A stretch of 64,000 nt of DNA from Barthelona sp. PCE (lineage: Eukaryota). This document shows, one piece after another, positions 11,401-20,049 of the stretch. The notes under the pieces are model-generated. The model was not told where the DNA came from and searched no databases. It saw only the letters and a list, made by a program, of their open reading frames with translations. Made by a program: the position numbers and the translations under genes. Every line of letters starts with the position of its first letter. Positions within the stretch are counted from its first letter, which is position 1. The DNA lies in the NCBI GenBank assembly GCA_040285745.1, contig JAUFOR010000005.1:620001-684000 (forward strand), in the 5' to 3' direction.

Positions 11401-12326
11401 GTCGTTACAAAAACTGTGTTATAATACAGCACCGATAAGAATTGCTTGTTTGAAACACGCACGAAATTTTGTCCAAGAGTGATATAACTTGAGTTATAAC
11501 CAGCCAGGTATACAGGTAGCATGGCAACACATGTCTTTTGTTCGATATCATACAATTCTACTTGATCACTCTCATACACAACTGTGATGTGTTTGTTATT
11601 ATATGAAATGTGAGCATTTTTAACTATGGTGCCGGGCAGCGGTGCATCCCACTCCTGCTGACCTGTCGCCCTATGGATTAAAACAAAGTGTAAATCGTTG
11701 GCACACAGAATATATTTAGCAGAGATATCAGCGATCTTGAATCCAATATTTTCTATTGGGGAGTCAAGTCTTACCAGTGCGTTATTGCTGTTGGTATCGA
11801 TCAGAAAATACCCATTTGAAGCTCTATGGATTGTATACATTGCTTCATTAGTTTGGATCGGGACACCATTAAATTTTTTAGCTTGATTTTGAGAGTTTTG
11901 GTGTTCTATAACATACATTTCGTTCTTTGTTGAAATGTAAACGCATTCTGAATTAACAAAACATTGTTGTCCATCAGAAAAAGAAAAACTGCTCAATGTG
12001 GTGAATTTTTGTGCTACTGTCAATGTATGATACTGAGTACCTTCCTCACAGAAGGTTACTATCGATCCGTCATAGCTGAGACAGCCTGTAGTAACTTCTT
12101 TTTGAACAATAATATTCATAAGAATCTTCAATGACGCTATATTGATCACATACAATCGTGTTTTGCATGCAATGGCAACAGTGCTTTCGTCCTTTGACAC
12201 CCAATAGACTCCAGTATATGTCTTGTCTGGTGGAGTTAAGGGAACCCTTTCAATCATCATTCTACCACCGTCTATGCTTCTGCGCTGTATTGCTGCAGTG
12301 CCAAAATCATTGTACACCAATAACAT
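8478..12326 (-). CDS. Multidomain protein: beta-propeller-like N-terminus, coiled coil, protein kinase-like domain, C-terminal HECT-like domain (paralog 1)
   Basis: Kinase motifs LFIKC, RELRIL, HANGFMLLDIKPQNVL, LCDFG, SDIYLLG, RCL..EPQLRPS. HECT-like motifs GGDDRLVTSKNTTEFL, LSVDELRHLMC, LLRFVYWLNGSPKL, LPSVAFCDRTLKLP (Cys codon 8577-8579). Confidence 0.8.
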   Translation of the reverse strand: MLLVYNDFGTAAIQRRSIDGGRMMIERVPLTPPDKTYTGVYWVSKDESTVAIACKTRLYVINIASLKILMNIIVQKEVTTGCLSYDGSIVTFCEEGTQYHTLTVAQKFTTLSSFSFSDGQQCFVNSECVYISTKNEMYVIEHQNSQNQAKKFNGVPIQTNEAMYTIHRASNGYFLIDTNSNNALVRLDSPIENIGFKIADISAKYILCANDLHFVLIHRATGQQEWDAPLPGTIVKNAHISYNNKHITVVYESDQVELYDIEQKTCVAMLPVYLAGYNSSYITLGQNFVRVSNKQFLSVLYYNTVFVTTDWKAIPHKVSNGFLVFEKQHVSYVSENRCVHRKKYENSNCTVSTVHYNGLSEYCVTFTDGKVLYIEWNENDGFGRECECSGSVFDTQAELSSLRTKLDEQQQKTKELNERYTELQNELRNTQKIQKLELDSKLQVVFDAMNQLIPNSGHIQFNDLLSSSDECLSALWQTKPPTHTFLKWIKSNPLIQTMERHLEELEMAIKFVNEVDNIMKTFKITEHLSSYFSSRYNEIVAQYPVAGVLNKNSYATQLTKLKNVDSHFKVFFEIKDYECIKLHTLMTYLINKHKLLLENENKLCGIRKSLENFRSTNEDIQTNTIDFDLVYTLKNQTDQHISDILSQKNAYLQNACHYLVKIANRHSEELKLIIDEFTLEVDLTDTMRQLGLESIAMPFVPKIISFDAYMNGKLEELGLNNGYLETDSLFIKCICVSDKFRGEVDNNKQALQRELRILTKRIPCAVTLRNVVLVPETKRGSTTVKFVCLELEYAKHNLEQYMTAFPDLSIETRDSLAHQLVNAVFTMHANGFMLLDIKPQNVLVSYNNDDGSDVQLQLCDFGVNISNAALNSTAIVGAEYLAFEVFNGQPHTFLSDIYLLGKNISYIYNILDDESKECAHSEIIQRCLAQEPQLRPSIHELSCHEWINAPVPQDRIARVRRQINQFVVAKQKLLGDGTPMEFIQMETSFDKFFVKVFSDVDTFMNGAEHFSSVIKMHDTNLTLPQFVDHIFEHRVLPHLDADSSDNLIEAMCGFLYCCFVFQAPIDDMQIGQFLLNALSADFNKLSDENIFNRVFPANSAHLLNMLDKKDLNFNVFGGDDRLVTSKNTTEFLQLARSTVSNQWIELSKKVNTSFYAYELTAQLGAVLSVDELRHLMCTPPYFTVENVLTSLNFTDVITSEVRDTFSDVLHHFNSEDLLRFVYWLNGSPKLYQFTVVLQKYDTTLPSVAFCDRTLKLPNNAMHVREGLPLAIQGILQNGFNAL

Positions 12327-12431
12327 AGTCTGCTCTTATCAAAAAAAGAGTGAAAAGGGTTGGATATGGTCATACAAATTTTTTCTTGTGTTTTTCACAG
12401 TTTTACTCTCTTCATATTTTTTACCTTTAAA

Positions 12432-15203
12432 ATGACAAAAACCTCACTTTTCATAATTTTTCTTTTGTTTACCGCTGTTTTATCAACAAAAATAACTGTT
12501 GGGGATGATATTGGGAAATGTGATCCAGCTGTTGGCGATATCTCTGATAGACTAGCCATTCCATTGACGATGAAGGCTAGCTTTTGCATCTCAAACGTTG
12601 TTTCGGGGTACACAGTGGGCATTTCACTATCTAATGTTGCATATGGTAACAATTATAAGATTCTAGCATCCTTGCAGCCTTTTCCAAACGTCAACACGGC
12701 TCAGTGGATCGGATCAACAGAGCTAGTGATTGAGACATCCCTCGAAACCCACACCGGTAGCAAACCATTTTATTTCACGATAGTTAAGGACAGCGAAGAG
12801 CCCATTCAGCCCGACGAGGGCGCGCTTCAGGCATACGCATCTTTTGCTGTTGACTTTTCGCGTACTTTGTCCGCCACTGTTTCGGAAACCAGTTATTTCC
12901 ACATTAAGCATTGCACTCAGGGTAGGTTTTACGCAGAAATCACAGCTTCTGAGGGGTCCATCAGCGCAGTTTACGTATCACACGCAACAGGACGTCCTTC
13001 TGAAGAGAACAGTATCATCAAGAAGGAAGCAGCGCCTTTTGTGATTGATGAGTACATTGAAGTGGCCGGGCTATACTTTATAGCCGTTGTTCCGACGGAC
13101 GGGAACACAATGGTCCATGTCAAGTCAGAAAGGCAAATCGCAACCGTACTTCAAGCAGATCTGAACATCACAAGCACACTATACGAATACTGTGAGCAGA
13201 CCTATGAGTTTGATCTTCGTGATTGGAAAAGACAAAGCGACTTTAGGGTCTACGTGCAAAGCTTTGATCCTCACCTAAGTCCCAAATTTTTCTTTGCTTT
13301 TGACGGTGGTTATCCGACGTTCGATTCCCATGACCTTGCGTTTTCTACCAAAAGAAGTGGATCGATAGTGGTCCCGAACGCCTTCTTTTCCGACTCCGAC
13401 TCCATTCGATTCACAGTAGCAGGTGACCGCAATTTGTCTCCTTTCTATGGGTCTTCCTACTTGCTCGTTGTCTCCTCGGACCTCGTTGCGCTCGAGCGCG
13501 GCAGATTCTCCTCGTTTGAGATGAAGAACGATGCTGTGGTTCACGGGATTGTTGAAATTCAGAACTGGGCTCCCAACGCGTATCTTGCTCTCGATGTCTA
13601 TGATGTTAAGGATGTTCCCGCATCAAGCATCAGCGTGTACATGAGTACCACGGATGTGTTTGTGTCACACCGTACCGCAGATAAAGAGACCAAGGGTGAT
13701 ATGCTGTTTGAGCTAGGTGATGAGGACATGTACTACTTTGGTTTCAAGATCGACGGCACCGTCGCTTCTAAATCAGTACCAGTATCTTATGATATCGTGT
13801 ATGAGCTCCCAATTGAAAAACTGAACGATATCACGATCGATGATAACGCTCTTTCCCACTATGTTTTTGTTATTCCTGATGGGTACGACGAGTCTATGCG
13901 CCTGTCGTGGGAGGCAAACGACATCAGCACCGTGTTTGATGTCTACGTTTCTGGCACAGATCCGCTCCCCAACGCCAGATCACATCAATTCTCGTCTATC
14001 AACCTCGACGCTGACGACTTTATGGTCATCCCCCAGGCACTTTACAGCGAGAACAGGCAGATTTATGTCGGTGTTCATGCGTTGAGCGATCAGCCAGTAA
14101 CGGGTTCACTCATCGTAACACTGGCTTCCGAACCCCTAATCAAACCCAACCAATTGGTGCACGACTTGGTCGGTGGTAACGACGCATGTAAGTCATACTC
14201 ATTCTACACGAGTTCCCACCCAGTTATTGCTGTTGTCGATTCTGATCGCGATTTAGTTCTAAATATGTCCTGTAATTCGTTTGCATTCAGAGCCTCTGTC
14301 GGGCAGACCGTCTACTACGACGAGACGCTCTTTGGCAAACTGGACCCCAGTACGTTGTGTCATGTATCTGTGTGCTCCGTCACCAATGCGGTCCAGCAGA
14401 TTCCCTTCACACTTTACATTGACGAGATTGACCTTCTGTTCGAGGGCAGATACAAGCCAGCAGTTGTTAAGGAGTACAGTGCCTTCAATGTATACAATAT
14501 TGAATCTCAAGATATCTTTGATGATGTAACAATTGAGTTACTTCCCAAATCAGGAGTGTTTTCTTCAAGTGGACCGTTTGATGTTTACGCAGCGATCGGG
14601 TACTTGCCCACACCGGTGAACCACGATTATAAGATGGAGAATGTTATTGCTGGGGAAGGTAGCAAATTCCTGAAGATTCCGCATGCAGCATCTACGTTAC
14701 AAAACGAGGTGGGATCTCTATTCTACACAGTATTTGCTCACGGAAAGCTCAACCTCTACCAGACGCGTGTTCTGGTAAACCAATATCTGAATAGTATCTC
14801 AAGTCATGTTCGTTTGGAGCTTATGGGTGGCCAGTCCGCCTTCTTCTCAACAATGGCAGTCAAGAACCGTCTTGCAATTGATATTAAATCGAAGCACACC
14901 GATGATGTCGATGTCTTCCTAAGCACTGTGGACCCTCATCCTTCATACGATAACGCTGAGCAACGCTGTGAGGGCAAGCAGCGTTGTGAGTTCATAGTTG
15001 TTGAAAACACAAACTATTATCTTACAGTCACCACAGCAACAACAAATGAGATTGAAATAGGTGTTTTCTCTCCAAACAGTGGTGTTGGCCGCGGCTGGTG
15101 GGTTGTTATTGTTCTGTTGTTAGTGTTCATTGGTGTGATTATATATCTCATGCGTGGAAATATCCGCGAGTGGTTGAGTAAGCGCAACTACAGCTCTGTA
15201 TAA
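12432..15203 (+). CDS. Type I membrane protein with repeated beta-sandwich (PPC-like) extracellular units
   Basis: Signal peptide MTKTSLFIIFLLFTAVLS from ATG 12432. Recurrent D/VYVS....P....(H/Y)D motif, single TM helix (GWWVVIVLLLVFIGVIIYLM), short tail ending YSSV (Yxx-hydrophobic). The PPC-like family call is tentative. Confidence 0.65.
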   Translation: MTKTSLFIIFLLFTAVLSTKITVGDDIGKCDPAVGDISDRLAIPLTMKASFCISNVVSGYTVGISLSNVAYGNNYKILASLQPFPNVNTAQWIGSTELVIETSLETHTGSKPFYFTIVKDSEEPIQPDEGALQAYASFAVDFSRTLSATVSETSYFHIKHCTQGRFYAEITASEGSISAVYVSHATGRPSEENSIIKKEAAPFVIDEYIEVAGLYFIAVVPTDGNTMVHVKSERQIATVLQADLNITSTLYEYCEQTYEFDLRDWKRQSDFRVYVQSFDPHLSPKFFFAFDGGYPTFDSHDLAFSTKRSGSIVVPNAFFSDSDSIRFTVAGDRNLSPFYGSSYLLVVSSDLVALERGRFSSFEMKNDAVVHGIVEIQNWAPNAYLALDVYDVKDVPASSISVYMSTTDVFVSHRTADKETKGDMLFELGDEDMYYFGFKIDGTVASKSVPVSYDIVYELPIEKLNDITIDDNALSHYVFVIPDGYDESMRLSWEANDISTVFDVYVSGTDPLPNARSHQFSSINLDADDFMVIPQALYSENRQIYVGVHALSDQPVTGSLIVTLASEPLIKPNQLVHDLVGGNDACKSYSFYTSSHPVIAVVDSDRDLVLNMSCNSFAFRASVGQTVYYDETLFGKLDPSTLCHVSVCSVTNAVQQIPFTLYIDEIDLLFEGRYKPAVVKEYSAFNVYNIESQDIFDDVTIELLPKSGVFSSSGPFDVYAAIGYLPTPVNHDYKMENVIAGEGSKFLKIPHAASTLQNEVGSLFYTVFAHGKLNLYQTRVLVNQYLNSISSHVRLELMGGQSAFFSTMAVKNRLAIDIKSKHTDDVDVFLSTVDPHPSYDNAEQRCEGKQRCEFIVVENTNYYLTVTTATTNEIEIGVFSPNSGVGRGWWVVIVLLLVFIGVIIYLMRGNIREWLSKRNYSSV

Positions 15204-15205
15204 CA

Positions 15206-15218
15206 TTTATTCAATAAA
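15206..15218. terminator. Putative bidirectional polyadenylation signals in a 26-bp convergent spacer
   Basis: TTTATT-C-AATAAA (15206-15218) between the stops at 15203 and 15230. Confidence 0.5.
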
Positions 15219-15229
15219 AAGTTTGATTT

Positions 15230-18200
15230 TTATTGGGCGGATGGCACCACTGATTGTCTCCTCTCAACAATTACATCACTGGGCTGAATACCCATGATGG
15301 GGTACATTTCTTCCATTGTAGCAGTAGTTTTCTTTTCTTCATCTTCATCTTTCTTTTTACCACCGCAGATTATCGAGATCTGCTGTTTGACAATGTATGC
15401 GAACAGTAAACAGTTAGCACCAATAAGCACACCATTAATTATACTGAAGCCGTTCTTGATGCTGTCGGTCATGCCCGCAGATTCAGGAATCGTAGTAACA
15501 ATACCACTGAGAATTGTGAAGAAGCATGTGAGTAAAGAGAGAGTATCAAGAACATCGTTGAGAATCTCCTTATACGGTTGCATTCTGACTTGCAATAGCA
15601 AGAAGACAGTAAGGAACAGCAGACAGAAGACAGCATTCTCAACCTTTGTGGTGGAGAACACACTTGCGCATAGTACGACAGAGACCTTTCTTAGTAAAAC
15701 AATGGGCTCATAATAAATAAATTCTTTTTCGTATGTCTCTGTAACTGAGCCGAAGAGAGCTAAGAAGATGGGATTATCCAGTTTTCTCTTGCGTTGCATG
15801 CGGAAGATGATCAAGAAGAGACCAACAGGGATACCCAATACATAGATAAAGACACCAAACATTGCTAATCTCTTATTCTCTTCCCAAACATCGTCGAAGC
15901 ATATTGTATCTGGGTACAGCGTCATGACAGAGCGGCCATCAGCTTGGACCGTGCAGTTCCAGAAGTTGAGGACTCCACTCGACAAGAACGAATAGCCATA
16001 AACAAGAAGCAGAATAAAGGACGACGCGCATTTCTGGAATATGTTACCTGCAGTATCGCGCTTGATGCAACAGCACCCGCGGAATAAGAGCATGATAATG
16101 AAAATGAAAAGTAGAAGAGCAATACCAAAGACAGGAGTCATCATCTTGAGCCACAGATAGTCATAAGCATTGAGCTGCGTCATACAAGCCACGGAAAGTG
16201 AACTGAGATCGACGTTGAACGAGATCTTCTTGACCCATTCGAATATATTTGTGATGAAATCGGGGAACGAGAGTTTGAAGTTACCAAACAGACTCAAAAT
16301 CTGGTTGAAGTTAATAAACACACCAAAAGAACGTAAATCAATGCCCTTCAGCGCACTCTTAATACCCTGGAAGGCACCAGACACGGCGCTCTTGACCTGA
16401 TCCAAATCGATGTTCTCCAGCGCATCAAGTGCGTCCTCAGCAAAGTCTTCAGCAGCCTTCTGAAGCGCAACAATCGCGTATGCACCCAGGATGGAAAGTA
16501 TTCCGATAAGTCCAGGTCCAGACCAGCTCGTTTCAGGACAAGCATTACAGTTACCGTCCGACTTCATATAGTAACCCGAAATGCACTCGGTGCATGCCCA
16601 ACTCGTGTTGTCATGCCCCTCATTGCAGCCAGAGCAGTAACCATCGGTACAATCAGCACTGACTTGAAGAATACCAGCAGTACAGCCAGCACTGAGACAC
16701 TCAAACACGACACCCTTGTCTGCTGGGTCCGCCCAGTATCCAGCATTGGGTACGGGCCACACGTTGTTGTTCATCTCACACACGGCGCCATCAGGACAAA
16801 TGGTGCAATTCTGACCTGGTTCACCGAAGTAACCTTCCTTGCATATACACTCCGAGGCGTCGATGGAACGTTCACCACTGACAGAGTGGTTGGCGCACGG
16901 TGTGCACTCTATTGAACCAGTTTCGTTTGCGTATGTGTTCTGTGGGCAAGCAGTTTGTGTACTTGCACCAGTTGTTTGGACGTAGTAACCGTAATCGGCC
17001 TCAACGCAATCTTGACTGTATGATGTCTGGTACATACCATCAGCGCAGTACTGATAAGTAAACTCCAAAGAAGTTAACACACGTTTGTTGTTAATAATAA
17101 CCGATATGAAAGCATCACCAATGTACTCGACGGCAGGAATTGTGAATGTAGCTGTGTTGTCGTCTTCAAAGTAGATAGGGTTTGTGCCGGACGAGGGCGT
17201 TTCTCCGTCCTCTGACCACGTCTGGAATTCGATCATCGGCTGTGATGTACCAGTCAATTGTAGGAAGGGAGTGAATCCACTACCAGTGATTGTTGCGTAT
17301 TCTCCACCGTTTCTATAACCCTCTGCGTAATCCATTTCATCCCAAATGATAGGTTCTTCATGGAAGGAAATGTCAGTGGGGGTATAGTCGATTAGCAGAT
17401 TCAAAAGAGACAGCTCCAGATGGACTTGGACTTGGTTGCGGTTACCAATGACATCACATGCATCATCGATATCAACCATGACGTTGAACGTCTGTAGAGA
17501 ACCGTCATCCTCCATGAGCGCAGTGTTGTCAATGATGGGAATGTGTCCGAGTCGGTAGCCATCCTTACCAGTAAAGACGACATTGGGCTCGGTCTGGAAG
17601 AATTCATCCTCGTGTATGCCAACGTATGATCCGATTTGAATCTGCGTGAGAGGAACACCTGTTGTAATGAACATATCGTATGGAGCGTCATTCTCAATGT
17701 CATCAGAGCAGGGGTGAATCCGAAGACCAGGATCAACGCTCGTCGTAGCGAGAACGACAGAGTCAACCAGCTCGATCTGGAAGCGATTCTCTGTGTTATA
17801 AGGAAGCCATGTGGCACCATTGTTGGGAGAGAAGAGGACATAGACATTTCCAGCAGGGTGATTCCAAACAGACTTTGTGAATTTTAGAGTAGAAAATGAA
17901 TCGATGACACGGCCTTCAACTTCTATTGATTTCTGTGGGTTATCGACACTGACCAATTTAACACGACCACCCGAACCAAAGTAAGGGAACTGGCCATAAC
18001 ATTCGATCAAATCGGTACTCCGAGATCCAACAACTTCAGGCCAGCAGAAATCAAAGTGTACGTTGTTGAACACACGGAATGATGTGTATGTTTTTGGATC
18101 AACGTCAGTACGGCCATCAGGCAGATAATATGCATCCATTTCGATGAAAAGCATATCATCATCGGTGAAAAGGGAATTCAACGATCCTGTGTCGATGGTG

Positions 18201-19756
18201 TAAACGTATGCGCCGTAGTCGTCGACCGTGGTGTTGACTTCAACAATCTTGAACGGGGATCCATCATAAAGCAGGGCGACTGTAGGCGTGAAATCACTCA
18301 GACTAACATCGAAATCGAGCCTAAAGCTGACTGTTGATCCTGATTTGGGAAGACTGGCAGGCACAGCATCGACGGGACGGGGGTACTGGAAAACAGTTAT
18401 ATTAGCACCACAGCCACTGTGCTGCAATAGGTTAAAGTAGTCACCGCCATCTTCACGAAGTACCCAAGTCAGTGAATACTTAATGTCCTTGTATGCAGAA
18501 CCGTACGATAGGGTGAACGAGTTGACAGGTACAGAAGCGGCTTCATAAAAGACGACACCCGACTCGTTGCGTGCTTGGACCATAAAGTTCGGTTGGCCGT
18601 CCCACTGCGGAGAGAAAACAACTCGGTCTTGCATGATCATCGAATCTTTGAATATATACGGCTGAAGCAGAGGCAAATCTGTTCCGTTGAAAGTCATGGA
18701 GATAGACGAGTCACCTGCTAAGCCAAGGACCTTCGGATCGATGTCGGTGATGTTCATAGCGCGCATTACTGTGATTGTGTAACCGGTGCTCATAAAGAGA
18801 TTCTGATCGGGGTGTACCCTCATCATAACCTGCTCATCCCGGTCATACTCTCCTAAATCATAGGGAATGTGCATATATATGGACTTCATCGATGCGGTCT
18901 GTGAAAAACGTGCAAACGGAACGATATCTGCCCGTGTCAATGTGTTGCTCATTGGAATGTTGTATCCGGCGAACTTGAAAGATAAGTGACTGATGTCTGG
19001 TAATGAGAATGCAGCCATTGATTCAAAGTAAATATTGTAGTAATCCGGATAGGAAGCCTGCATTGCGAATATCTGTGTGGGTTGCGGGTCAGTATATCCG
19101 TCAATACGGTAGAGCATGAACTTACTTGCTGATTCAAGTGTTTGAAAGGTCCCACCCAAGTGCTGCTTTAATCTAACTTCATTGTCTTGACCAAAGCCAA
19201 TCGTCATATCAAAGAGTGTCTTTCCGCATTCAGTAATGTTGAATGTGCGAATGTCGCGTTCGTAACCCGGAACAACATGAGTGGGGCAATCGGTTCCGCC
19301 AATAAAGATGGAGAATACATCACCAACAACGCCTCCAAATACTGGTACATAGAACGTGTCTGTTAAGGGATTAAAACCTTTCGGAACGAAAAGTACCTTA
19401 CCAAAGTTTGGATGTTCGTAAGGATAAAAACCACTACCAACAACTGTATCACCGTCGTCCTTCCATTGGATTTCAAGGGATATCTGGCCGCTATGGGCTG
19501 GGGGAAGTGTGCAGTTTTGGGCTTCACCTGATCCAGAAATATAACCCTCACAAGAGATTGGAACCCATGAACTGTCAGTAATATTGCGGTACTCTAAGTA
19601 CACGTTGGAGTAATACGTTGTCAATTCACCTGTGATTTTTGTGGACTGTTGTCTCGATATCCTCATAGGATTCCTGTTTGCGAAAATGTCTGTGATGACG
19701 GCATTCGACATCGTTGCGAATGCAAAAATCAAAAGAACGAGTAAAAAGGTACGCAT
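15230..19756 (-). CDS. Large receptor-like membrane protein: signal peptide, IPT/TIG-like domains, Cys-rich (ephrin-receptor-like/GCC2-GCC3) repeats, C-terminal multi-TM domain
   Basis: Signal peptide MRTFLLVLLIFAFATMSNA. TIG-like GYRNGGEYATITGSGF. Cys-rich repeats CPQNTYANETGSIECTPC, CICKEGYFG, CTICPDGAVC. About 8 hydrophobic helices with INFNQIL, YYEPIVLLRK and QPYK motifs typical of a widespread protist multi-TM family. Confidence 0.75.
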   Translation of the reverse strand: MRTFLLVLLIFAFATMSNAVITDIFANRNPMRISRQQSTKITGELTTYYSNVYLEYRNITDSSWVPISCEGYISGSGEAQNCTLPPAHSGQISLEIQWKDDGDTVVGSGFYPYEHPNFGKVLFVPKGFNPLTDTFYVPVFGGVVGDVFSIFIGGTDCPTHVVPGYERDIRTFNITECGKTLFDMTIGFGQDNEVRLKQHLGGTFQTLESASKFMLYRIDGYTDPQPTQIFAMQASYPDYYNIYFESMAAFSLPDISHLSFKFAGYNIPMSNTLTRADIVPFARFSQTASMKSIYMHIPYDLGEYDRDEQVMMRVHPDQNLFMSTGYTITVMRAMNITDIDPKVLGLAGDSSISMTFNGTDLPLLQPYIFKDSMIMQDRVVFSPQWDGQPNFMVQARNESGVVFYEAASVPVNSFTLSYGSAYKDIKYSLTWVLREDGGDYFNLLQHSGCGANITVFQYPRPVDAVPASLPKSGSTVSFRLDFDVSLSDFTPTVALLYDGSPFKIVEVNTTVDDYGAYVYTIDTGSLNSLFTDDDMLFIEMDAYYLPDGRTDVDPKTYTSFRVFNNVHFDFCWPEVVGSRSTDLIECYGQFPYFGSGGRVKLVSVDNPQKSIEVEGRVIDSFSTLKFTKSVWNHPAGNVYVLFSPNNGATWLPYNTENRFQIELVDSVVLATTSVDPGLRIHPCSDDIENDAPYDMFITTGVPLTQIQIGSYVGIHEDEFFQTEPNVVFTGKDGYRLGHIPIIDNTALMEDDGSLQTFNVMVDIDDACDVIGNRNQVQVHLELSLLNLLIDYTPTDISFHEEPIIWDEMDYAEGYRNGGEYATITGSGFTPFLQLTGTSQPMIEFQTWSEDGETPSSGTNPIYFEDDNTATFTIPAVEYIGDAFISVIINNKRVLTSLEFTYQYCADGMYQTSYSQDCVEADYGYYVQTTGASTQTACPQNTYANETGSIECTPCANHSVSGERSIDASECICKEGYFGEPGQNCTICPDGAVCEMNNNVWPVPNAGYWADPADKGVVFECLSAGCTAGILQVSADCTDGYCSGCNEGHDNTSWACTECISGYYMKSDGNCNACPETSWSGPGLIGILSILGAYAIVALQKAAEDFAEDALDALENIDLDQVKSAVSGAFQGIKSALKGIDLRSFGVFINFNQILSLFGNFKLSFPDFITNIFEWVKKISFNVDLSSLSVACMTQLNAYDYLWLKMMTPVFGIALLLFIFIIMLLFRGCCCIKRDTAGNIFQKCASSFILLLVYGYSFLSSGVLNFWNCTVQADGRSVMTLYPDTICFDDVWEENKRLAMFGVFIYVLGIPVGLFLIIFRMQRKRKLDNPIFLALFGSVTETYEKEFIYYEPIVLLRKVSVVLCASVFSTTKVENAVFCLLFLTVFLLLQVRMQPYKEILNDVLDTLSLLTCFFTILSGIVTTIPESAGMTDSIKNGFSIINGVLIGANCLLFAYIVKQQISIICGGKKKDEDEEKKTTATMEEMYPIMGIQPSDVIVERRQSVVPSAQ

Positions 19757-20049
19757 TTATGCTTGTGCAATTGTAGTGAAAAGGACATAAAGACAAAAAC
19801 AAATTAGGAATTCACCTTTAAGATCCTCAATGTGAAATATTTACTGTGTGTGTTTGTATTGTACGTTTATAGGTACAATGGCTACAATAAAGCTTGAGAA
19901 ATATTGAGTTTCCAAAACCGGTTCTCTGTTGTGATTGTGAATATTTTTGAACGAAACACAGATTTAACCCTTGCACAGCAAGGTATCTGTGTTTCCAACA
20001 TAAAACAAGGCCAAAACAAAGGAACAAAAATAAATTATTTTTATTGAAA

